A stretch of 64,000 nt of DNA from Schmidtea nova (taxonomy: Eukaryota), in contig CM097884.1 of NCBI GenBank assembly GCA_044892505.1, positions 91,202,001-91,266,000 on the forward strand. Direction: 5' to 3'. Below, in pieces: positions 1-12,000 of this stretch; position 1 is the stretch's first letter, and each line of letters opens with the position of its first letter. The translations under genes were made by a program, and so were the position numbers. The notes under the pieces were generated by a model, which was given only the letters and a program-made list of their open reading frames with translations, was not told the DNA's origin and did not search any database.

Positions 1-2
1 CT

Positions 3-3000
3 CCAACTAGACCAGGAGCTACAACAACTACAACTAGACGAACAACGACTCTGAAACCATGTGCCGTGAAACTCGTCATCAAAGATAAGCAATTGACAGG
101 AATTACAGTGACACCAAAGATTTCCAAGAGTGATGTTAAAAAGTTGAGACCTGATTGGAAACATCCAAAACAAGGTGTTGAGTTCAAACGTGGAAAACAC
201 ACAATTGTTGTCAAGATCGTCAAAGGCACTCACCAAAAGAAACCAAACAGAATCACAGCAGCCGGTTTGAAAGTAGTCAATGTCAATCCAGGCGACAAAT
301 TGAGCAAATACTTCAAGTCAGTTACAATTGTAATTACGAAACAAAAGTTCACAAGAGGTGGCAAACGAAAGACTGTCAAGAAAACGATTAAAGTCCCATT
401 GAAAACAATTGTTGACGATTTGAGAAATGTGTTGAGAAAACGACATCATTATGTGAAGAAAGTGACATTCAAATTTGAAGTGACGAAAGTTGTTAAAGTG
501 AAATTGGTTGTGAAAGGCTGTGTTGACAAAGTACCGACGCCACCAACATTGCGTCCAACAACTAAATCTACTCCAACTAGACCAGGAGCTACAACAACTA
601 CAACTAGACGAACAACGACTCTGAAACCATGTGCCGTGAAACTCGTCATCAAAGATAAGCAATTGACAGGAATTACAGTGACACCAAAGATTTCCAAGAG
701 TGATGTTAAAAAGTTGAGACCTGATTGGAAACATCCAAAACAAGGTGTTGAGTTCAAACGTGGAAAACACACAATTGTTGTCAAGATCGTCAAAGGCACT
801 CACCAAAAGAAACCAAACAGAATCACAGCAGCCGGTTTGAAAGTAGTCAATGTCAATCCAGGCGACAAATTGAGCAAATACTTCAAGTCAGTTACAATTG
901 TAATTACGAAACAAAAGTTCACAAGAGGTGGCAAACGAAAGACTGTCAAGAAAACGATTAAAGTCCCATTGAAAACAATTGTTGACGATTTGAGAAATGT
1001 GTTGAGAAAACCACATCATTATGTGAAGAAAGTGACATTCAAATTTGAAGTGACAAAAGTTGTTAAAGTGAAATTGGTTGTGAAAGGCTGTGTTGACAAA
1101 GTACCGACGCCACCAACATTGCGTCCAACAACTAAATCTACTCCAACTAGACCAGGAGCTACAACAACTACAACTAGACGAACAACGACTCTGAAACCAT
1201 GTGCCGTGAAACTCGTCATCAAAGATAAGCAATTGACAGGAATTACAGTGACACCAAAGATTTCCAAGAGTGATGTTAAAAAGTTGAGACCTGATTGGAA
1301 ACATCCAAAACAAGGTGTTGAGTTCAAACGTGGAAAACACACAATTGTTGTCAAGATCGTCAAAGGCACTCACCAAAAGAAACCAAACAGAATCACAGCA
1401 GCCGGTTTGAAAGTAGTCAATGTCAATCCAGGCGACAAATTGAGCAAATACTTCAAGTCAGTTACAATTGTAATTACGAAACAAAAGTTCACAAGAGGTG
1501 GCAAACGAAAGACTGTCAAGAAAACGATTAAAGTCCCATTGAAAACAATTGTTGACGATTTGAGAAATGTGTTGAGAAAACCACATCATTATGTGAAGAA
1601 AGTGACATTCAAATTTGAAGTGACGAAAGTTGTTAAAGTGAAATTGGTTGTGAAAGGCTGTGTTGACAAAGTACCGACGCCACCAACATTGCGTCCAACA
1701 ACTAAATCTACTCCAACTAGACCAGGAGCTACAACAACTACAACTAGACGAACAACGACTCTGAAACCATGTGCCGTGAAACTCGTCATCAAAGATAAGC
1801 AATTGACAGGAATTACAGTGACACCAAAGATTTCCAAGAGTGATGTTAAAAAGTTGAGACCTGATTGGAAACATCCAAAACAAGGTGTTGAGTTCAAACG
1901 TGGAAAACACACAATTGTTGTCAAGATCGTCAAAGGCACTCACCAAAAGAAACCAAACAGAATCACAGCAGCCGGTTTGAAAGTAGTCAATGTCAATCCA
2001 GGCGACAAATTGAGCAAATACTTCAAGTCAGTTACAATTGTAATTACGAAACAAAAGTTCACAAGAGGTGGCAAACGAAAGACTGTCAAGAAAACGATTA
2101 AAGTCCCATTGAAAACAATTGTTGACGATTTGAGAAATGTGTTGAGAAAACCACATCATTATGTGAAGAAAGTGACATTCAAATTTGAAGTGACAAAAGT
2201 TGTTAAAGTGAAATTGGTTGTGAAAGGCTGTGTTGACAAAGTACCGACGCCACCAACATTGCGTCCAACAACTAAATCTACTCCAACTAGACCAGGAGCT
2301 ACAACAACTACAACTAGACGAACAACGACTCTGAAACCATGTGCCGTGAAACTCGTCATCAAAGATAAGCAATTGACAGGAATTACAGTGACACCAAAGA
2401 TTTCCAAGAGTGATGTTAAAAAGTTGAGACCTGATTGGAAACATCCAAAACAAGGTGTTGAGTTCAAACGTGGAAAACACACAATTGTTGTCAAGATCGT
2501 CAAAGGCACTCACCAAAAGAAACCAAACAGAATCACAGCAGCCGGTTTGAAAGTAGTCAATGTCAATCCAGGCGACAAATTGAGCAAATACTTCAAGTCA
2601 GTTACAATTGTAATTACGAAACAAAAGTTCACAAGAGGTGGCAAACGAAAGACTGTCAAGAAAACGATTAAAGTCCCATTGAAAACAATTGTTGACGATT
2701 TGAGAAATGTGTTGAGAAAACCACATCATTATGTGAAGAAAGTGACATTCAAATTTGAAGTGACGAAAGTTGTTAAAGTGAAATTGGTTGTGAAAGGCTG
2801 TGTTGACAAAGTACCGACGCCACCAACATTGCGTCCAACAACTAAATCTACTCCAACTAGACCAGGAGCTACAACAACTACAACTAGACGAACAACGACT
2901 CTGAAACCATGTGCCGTGAAACTCGTCATCAAAGATAAGCAATTGACAGGAATTACAGTGACACCAAAGATTTCCAAGAGTGATGTTAAAAAGTTGAGAC

Positions 3001-6000
3001 CTGATTGGAAACATCCAAAACAAGGTGTTGAGTTCAAACGTGGAAAACACACAATTGTTGTCAAGATCGTCAAAGGCACTCACCAAAAGAAACCAAACAG
3101 AATCACAGCAGCCGGTTTGAAAGTAGTCAATGTCAATCCAGGCGACAAATTGAGCAAATACTTCAAGTCAGTTACAATTGTAATTACGAAACAAAAGTTC
3201 ACAAGAGGTGGCAAACGAAAGACTGTCAAGAAAACGATTAAAGTCCCATTGAAAACAATTGTTGACGATTTGAGAAATGTGTTGAGAAAACCACATCATT
3301 ATGTGAAGAAAGTGACATTCAAATTTGAAGTGACAAAAGTTGTTAAAGTGAAATTGGTTGTGAAAGGCTGTGTTGACAAAGTACCGACGCCACCAACATT
3401 GCGTCCAACAACTAAATCTACTCCAACTAGACCAGGAGCTACAACAACTACAACTAGACGAACAACGACTCTGAAACCATGTGCCGTGAAACTCGTCATC
3501 AAAGATAAGCAATTGACAGGAATTACAGTGACACCAAAGATTTCCAAGAGTGATGTTAAAAAGTTGAGACCTGATTGGAAACATCCAAAACAAGGTGTTG
3601 AGTTCAAACGTGGAAAACACACAATTGTTGTCAAGATCGTCAAAGGCACTCACCAAAAGAAACCAAACAGAATCACAGCAGCCGGTTTGAAAGTAGTCAA
3701 TGTCAATCCAGGCGACAAATTGAGCAAATACTTCAAGTCAGTTACAATTGTAATTACGAAACAAAAGTTCACAAGAGGTGGCAAACGAAAGACTGTCAAG
3801 AAAACGATTAAAGTCCCATTGAAAACAATTGTTGACGATTTGAGAAATGTGTTGAGAAAACCACATCATTATGTGAAGAAAGTGACATTCAAATTTGAAG
3901 TGACAAAAGTTGTTAAAGTGAAATTGGTTGTGAAAGGCTGTGTTGACAAAGTACCGACGCCACCAACATTGCGTCCAACAACTAAATCTACTCCAACTAG
4001 ACCAGGAGCTACAACAACTACAACTAGACGAACAACGACTCTGAAACCATGTGCCGTGAAACTCGTCATCAAAGATAAGCAATTGACAGGAATTACAGTG
4101 ACACCAAAGATTTCCAAGAGTGATGTTAAAAAGTTGAGACCTGATTGGAAACATCCAAAACAAGGTGTTGAGTTCAAACGTGGAAAACACACAATTGTTG
4201 TCAAGATCGTCAAAGGCACTCACCAAAAGAAACCAAACAGAATCACAGCAGCCGGTTTGAAAGTAGTCAATGTCAATCCAGGCGACAAATTGAGCAAATA
4301 CTTCAAGTCAGTTACAATTGTAATTACGAAACAAAAGTTCACAAGAGGTGGCAAACGAAAGACTGTCAAGAAAACGATTAAAGTCCCATTGAAAACAATT
4401 GTTGACGATTTGAGAAATGTGTTGAGAAAACCACATCATTATGTGAAGAAAGTGACATTCAAATTTGAAGTGACGAAAGTTGTTAAAGTGAAATTGGTTG
4501 TGAAAGGCTGTGTTGACAAAGTACCGACGCCACCAACATTGCGTCCAACAACTAAATCTACTCCAACTAGACCAGGAGCTACAACAACTACAACTAGACG
4601 AACAACGACTCTGAAACCATGTGCCGTGAAACTCGTCATCAAAGATAAGCAATTGACAGGAATTACAGTGACACCAAAGATTTCCAAGAGTGATGTTAAA
4701 AAGTTGAGACCTGATTGGAAACATCCAAAACAAGGTGTTGAGTTCAAACGTGGAAAACACACAATTGTTGTCAAGATCGTCAAAGGCACTCACCAAAAGA
4801 AACCAAACAGAATCACAGCAGCCGGTTTGAAAGTAGTCAATGTCAATCCAGGCGACAAATTGAGCAAATACTTCAAGTCAGTTACAATTGTAATTACGAA
4901 ACAAAAGTTCACAAGAGGTGGCAAACGAAAGACTGTCAAGAAAACGATTAAAGTCCCATTGAAAACAATTGTTGACGATTTGAGAAATGTGTTGAGAAAA
5001 CCACATCATTATGTGAAGAAAGTGACATTCAAATTTGAAGTGACAAAAGTTGTTAAAGTGAAATTGGTTGTGAAAGGCTGTGTTGACAAAGTACCGACGC
5101 CACCAACATTGCGTCCAACAACTAAATCTACTCCAACTAGACCAGGAGCTACAACAACTACAACTAGACGAACAACGACTCTGAAACCATGTGCCGTGAA
5201 ACTCGTCATCAAAGATAAGCAATTGACAGGAATTACAGTGACACCAAAGATTTCCAAGAGTGATGTTAAAAAGTTGAGACCTGATTGGAAACATCCAAAA
5301 CAAGGTGTTGAGTTCAAACGTGGAAAACACACAATTGTTGTCAAGATCGTCAAAGGCACTCACCAAAAGAAACCAAACAGAATCACAGCAGCCGGTTTGA
5401 AAGTAGTCAATGTCAATCCAGGCGACAAATTGAGCAAATACTTCAAGTCAGTTACAATTGTAATTACGAAACAAAAGTTCACAAGAGGTGGCAAACGAAA
5501 GACTGTCAAGAAAACGATTAAAGTCCCATTGAAAACAATTGTTGACGATTTGAGAAATGTGTTGAGAAAACCACATCATTATGTGAAGAAAGTGACATTC
5601 AAATTTGAAGTGACGAAAGTTGTTAAAGTGAAATTGGTTGTGAAAGGCTGTGTTGACAAAGTACCGACGCCACCAACATTGCGTCCAACAACTAAATCTA
5701 CTCCAACTAGACCAGGAGCTACAACAACTACAACTAGACGAACAACGACTCTGAAACCATGTGCCGTGAAACTCGTCATCAAAGATAAGCAATTGACAGG
5801 AATTACAGTGACACCAAAGATTTCCAAGAGTGATGTTAAAAAGTTGAGACCTGATTGGAAACATCCAAAACAAGGTGTTGAGTTCAAACGTGGAAAACAC
5901 ACAATTGTTGTCAAGATCGTCAAAGGCACTCACCAAAAGAAACCAAACAGAATCACAGCAGCCGGTTTGAAAGTAGTCAATGTCAATCCAGGCGACAAAT

Positions 6001-9000
6001 TGAGCAAATACTTCAAGTCAGTTACAATTGTAATTACGAAACAAAAGTTCACAAGAGGTGGCAAACGAAAGACTGTCAAGAAAACGATTAAAGTCCCATT
6101 GAAAACAATTGTTGACGATTTGAGAAATGTGTTGAGAAAACCACATCATTATGTGAAGAAAGTGACATTCAAATTTGAAGTGACGAAAGTTGTTAAAGTG
6201 AAATTGGTTGTGAAAGGCTGTGTTGACAAAGTACCGACGCCACCAACATTGCGTCCAACAACTAAATCTACTCCAACTAGACCAGGAGCTACAACAACTA
6301 CAACTAGACGAACAACGACTCTGAAACCATGTGCCGTGAAACTCGTCATCAAAGATAAGCAATTGACAGGAATTACAGTGACACCAAAGATTTCCAAGAG
6401 TGATGTTAAAAAGTTGAGACCTGATTGGAAACATCCAAAACAAGGTGTTGAGTTCAAACGTGGAAAACACACAATTGTTGTCAAGATCGTCAAAGGCACT
6501 CACCAAAAGAAACCAAACAGAATCACAGCAGCCGGTTTGAAAGTAGTCAATGTCAATCCAGGCGACAAATTGAGCAAATACTTCAAGTCAGTTACAATTG
6601 TAATTACGAAACAAAAGTTCACAAGAGGTGGCAAACGAAAGACTGTCAAGAAAACGATTAAAGTCCCATTGAAAACAATTGTTGACGATTTGAGAAATGT
6701 GTTGAGAAAACCACATCATTATGTGAAGAAAGTGACATTCAAATTTGAAGTGACGAAAGTTGTTAAAGTGAAATTGGTTGTGAAAGGCTGTGTTGACAAA
6801 GTACCGACGCCACCAACATTGCGTCCAACAACTAAATCTACTCCAACTAGACCAGGAGCTACAACAACTACAACTAGACGAACAACGACTCTGAAACCAT
6901 GTGCCGTGAAACTCGTCATCAAAGATAAGCAATTGACAGGAATTACAGTGACACCAAAGATTTCCAAGAGTGATGTTAAAAAGTTGAGACCTGATTGGAA
7001 ACATCCAAAACAAGGTGTTGAGTTCAAACGTGGAAAACACACAATTGTTGTCAAGATCGTCAAAGGCACTCACCAAAAGAAACCAAACAGAATCACAGCA
7101 GCCGGTTTGAAAGTAGTCAATGTCAATCCAGGCGACAAATTGAGCAAATACTTCAAGTCAGTTACAATTGTAATTACGAAACAAAAGTTCACAAGAGGTG
7201 GCAAACGAAAGACTGTCAAGAAAACGATTAAAGTCCCATTGAAAACAATTGTTGACGATTTGAGAAATGTGTTGAGAAAACCACATCATTATGTGAAGAA
7301 AGTGACATTCAAATTTGAAGTGACGAAAGTTGTTAAAGTGAAATTGGTTGTGAAAGGCTGTGTTGACAAAGTACCGACGCCACCAACATTGCGTCCAACA
7401 ACTAAATCTACTCCAACTAGACCAGGAGCTACAACAACTACAACTAGACGAACAACGACTCTGAAACCATGTGCCGTGAAACTCGTCATCAAAGATAAGC
7501 AATTGACAGGAATTACAGTGACACCAAAGATTTCCAAGAGTGATGTTAAAAAGTTGAGACCTGATTGGAAACATCCAAAACAAGGTGTTGAGTTCAAACG
7601 TGGAAAACACACAATTGTTGTCAAGATCGTCAAAGGCACTCACCAAAAGAAACCAAACAGAATCACAGCAGCCGGTTTGAAAGTAGTCAATGTCAATCCA
7701 GGCGACAAATTGAGCAAATACTTCAAGTCAGTTACAATTGTAATTACGAAACAAAAGTTCACAAGAGGTGGCAAACGAAAGACTGTCAAGAAAACGATTA
7801 AAGTCCCATTGAAAACAATTGTTGACGATTTGAGAAATGTGTTGAGAAAACCACATCATTATGTGAAGAAAGTGACATTCAAATTTGAAGTGACAAAAGT
7901 TGTTAAAGTGAAATTGGTTGTGAAAGGCTGTGTTGACAAAGTACCGACGCCACCAACATTGCGTCCAACAACTAAATCTACTCCAACTAGACCAGGAGCT
8001 ACAACAACTACAACTAGACGAACAACGACTCTGAAACCATGTGCCGTGAAACTCGTCATCAAAGATAAGCAATTGACAGGAATTACAGTGACACCAAAGA
8101 TTTCCAAGAGTGATGTTAAAAAGTTGAGACCTGATTGGAAACATCCAAAACAAGGTGTTGAGTTCAAACGTGGAAAACACACAATTGTTGTCAAGATCGT
8201 CAAAGGCACTCACCAAAAGAAACCAAACAGAATCACAGCAGCCGGTTTGAAAGTAGTCAATGTCAATCCAGGCGACAAATTGAGCAAATACTTCAAGTCA
8301 GTTACAATTGTAATTACGAAACAAAAGTTCACAAGAGGTGGCAAACGAAAGACTGTCAAGAAAACGATTAAAGTCCCATTGAAAACAATTGTTGACGATT
8401 TGAGAAATGTGTTGAGAAAACCACATCATTATGTGAAGAAAGTGACATTCAAATTTGAAGTGACAAAAGTTGTTAAAGTGAAATTGGTTGTGAAAGGCTG
8501 TGTTGACAAAGTACCGACGCCACCAACATTGCGTCCAACAACTAAATCTACTCCAACTAGACCAGGAGCTACAACAACTACAACTAGACGAACAACGACT
8601 CTGAAACCATGTGCCGTGAAACTCGTCATCAAAGATAAGCAATTGACAGGAATTACAGTGACACCAAAGATTTCCAAGAGTGATGTTAAAAAGTTGAGAC
8701 CTGATTGGAAACATCCAAAACAAGGTGTTGAGTTCAAACGTGGAAAACACACAATTGTTGTCAAGATCGTCAAAGGCACTCACCAAAAGAAACCAAACAG
8801 AATCACAGCAGCCGGTTTGAAAGTAGTCAATGTCAATCCAGGCGACAAATTGAGCAAATACTTCAAGTCAGTTACAATTGTAATTACGAAACAAAAGTTC
8901 ACAAGAGGTGGCAAACGAAAGACTGTCAAGAAAACGATTAAAGTCCCATTGAAAACAATTGTTGACGATTTGAGAAATGTGTTGAGAAAACCACATCATT

Positions 9001-12000
9001 ATGTGAAGAAAGTGACATTCAAATTTGAAGTGACGAAAGTTGTTAAAGTGAAATTGGTTGTGAAAGGCTGTGTTGACAAAGTACCGACGCCACCAACATT
9101 GCGTCCAACAACTAAATCTACTCCAACTAGACCAGGAGCTACAACAACTACAACTAGACGAACAACGACTCTGAAACCATGTGCCGTGAAACTCGTCATC
9201 AAAGATAAGCAATTGACAGGAATTACAGTGACACCAAAGATTTCCAAGAGTGATGTTAAAAAGTTGAGACCTGATTGGAAACATCCAAAACAAGGTGTTG
9301 AGTTCAAACGTGGAAAACACACAATTGTTGTCAAGATCGTCAAAGGCACTCACCAAAAGAAACCAAACAGAATCACAGCAGCCGGTTTGAAAGTAGTCAA
9401 TGTCAATCCAGGCGACAAATTGAGCAAATACTTCAAGTCAGTTACAATTGTAATTACGAAACAAAAGTTCACAAGAGGTGGCAAACGAAAGACTGTCAAG
9501 AAAACGATTAAAGTCCCATTGAAAACAATTGTTGACGATTTGAGAAATGTGTTGAGAAAACCACATCATTATGTGAAGAAAGTGACATTCAAATTTGAAG
9601 TGACGAAAGTTGTTAAAGTGAAATTGGTTGTGAAAGGCTGTGTTGACAAAGTACCGACGCCACCAACATTGCGTCCAACAACTAAATCTACTCCAACTAG
9701 ACCAGGAGCTACAACAACTACAACTAGACGAACAACGACTCTGAAACCATGTGCCGTGAAACTCGTCATCAAAGATAAGCAATTGACAGGAATTACAGTG
9801 ACACCAAAGATTTCCAAGAGTGATGTTAAAAAGTTGAGACCTGATTGGAAACATCCAAAACAAGGTGTTGAGTTCAAACGTGGAAAACACACAATTGTTG
9901 TCAAGATCGTCAAAGGCACTCACCAAAAGAAACCAAACAGAATCACAGCAGCCGGTTTGAAAGTAGTCAATGTCAATCCAGGCGACAAATTGAGCAAATA
10001 CTTCAAGTCAGTTACAATTGTAATTACGAAACAAAAGTTCACAAGAGGTGGCAAACGAAAGACTGTCAAGAAAACGATTAAAGTCCCATTGAAAACAATT
10101 GTTGACGATTTGAGAAATGTGTTGAGAAAACCACATCATTATGTGAAGAAAGTGACATTCAAATTTGAAGTGACGAAAGTTGTTAAAGTGAAATTGGTTG
10201 TGAAAGGCTGTGTTGACAAAGTACCGACGCCACCAACATTGCGTCCAACAACTAAATCTACTCCAACTAGACCAGGAGCTACAACAACTACAACTAGACG
10301 AACAACGACTCTGAAACCATGTGCCGTGAAACTCGTCATCAAAGATAAGCAATTGACAGGAATTACAGTGACACCAAAGATTTCCAAGAGTGATGTTAAA
10401 AAGTTGAGACCTGATTGGAAACATCCAAAACAAGGTGTTGAGTTCAAACGTGGAAAACACACAATTGTTGTCAAGATCGTCAAAGGCACTCACCAAAAGA
10501 AACCAAACAGAATCACAGCAGCCGGTTTGAAAGTAGTCAATGTCAATCCAGGCGACAAATTGAGCAAATACTTCAAGTCAGTTACAATTGTAATTACGAA
10601 ACAAAAGTTCACAAGAGGTGGCAAACGAAAGACTGTCAAGAAAACGATTAAAGTCCCATTGAAAACAATTGTTGACGATTTGAGAAATGTGTTGAGAAAA
10701 CCACATCATTATGTGAAGAAAGTGACATTCAAATTTGAAGTGACAAAAGTTGTTAAAGTGAAATTGGTTGTGAAAGGCTGTGTTGACAAAGTACCGACGC
10801 CACCAACATTGCGTCCAACAACTAAATCTACTCCAACTAGACCAGGAGCTACAACAACTACAACTAGACGAACAACGACTCTGAAACCATGTGCCGTGAA
10901 ACTCGTCATCAAAGATAAGCAATTGACAGGAATTACAGTGACACCAAAGATTTCCAAGAGTGATGTTAAAAAGTTGAGACCTGATTGGAAACATCCAAAA
11001 CAAGGTGTTGAGTTCAAACGTGGAAAACACACAATTGTTGTCAAGATCGTCAAAGGCACTCACCAAAAGAAACCAAACAGAATCACAGCAGCCGGTTTGA
11101 AAGTAGTCAATGTCAATCCAGGCGACAAATTGAGCAAATACTTCAAGTCAGTTACAATTGTAATTACGAAACAAAAGTTCACAAGAGGTGGCAAACGAAA
11201 GACTGTCAAGAAAACGATTAAAGTCCCATTGAAAACAATTGTTGACGATTTGAGAAATGTGTTGAGAAAACCACATCATTATGTGAAGAAAGTGACATTC
11301 AAATTTGAAGTGACAAAAGTTGTTAAAGTGAAATTGGTTGTGAAAGGCTGTGTTGACAAAGTACCGACGCCACCAACATTGCGTCCAACAACTAAATCTA
11401 CTCCAACTAGACCAGGAGCTACAACAACTACAACTAGACGAACAACGACTCTGAAACCATGTGCCGTGAAACTCGTCATCAAAGATAAGCAATTGACAGG
11501 AATTACAGTGACACCAAAGATTTCCAAGAGTGATGTTAAAAAGTTGAGACCTGATTGGAAACATCCAAAACAAGGTGTTGAGTTCAAACGTGGAAAACAC
11601 ACAATTGTTGTCAAGATCGTCAAAGGCACTCACCAAAAGAAACCAAACAGAATCACAGCAGCCGGTTTGAAAGTAGTCAATGTCAATCCAGGCGACAAAT
11701 TGAGCAAATACTTCAAGTCAGTTACAATTGTAATTACGAAACAAAAGTTCACAAGAGGTGGCAAACGAAAGACTGTCAAGAAAACGATTAAAGTCCCATT
11801 GAAAACAATTGTTGACGATTTGAGAAATGTGTTGAGAAAACCACATCATTATGTGAAGAAAGTGACATTCAAATTTGAAGTGACGAAAGTTGTTAAAGTG
11901 AAATTGGTTGTGAAAGGCTGTGTTGACAAAGTACCGACGCCACCAACATTGCGTCCAACAACTAAATCTACTCCAACTAGACCAGGAGCTACAACAACTA

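Noticed and set aside
322-333. 12-bp palindrome TTACAATTGTAA and three further CAATTG sites per unit (offsets 90, 202, 406)
   Set aside because: These are explained by codons for Thr-Ile-Val (three times) and Gln-Leu, with no evidence of a regulatory role. They are useful only as an assay: V137F destroys the MfeI site at offsets 406-411, so C and D units can be counted by digestion.
360-383. KRK-containing cluster as a nuclear localisation signal, or a histone/protamine-like DNA-binding protein
   Set aside because: Basic clusters are expected at 26% Lys/Arg. The paired cysteines and PTS linker point to a secreted protein. This cannot be settled without the N-terminus.
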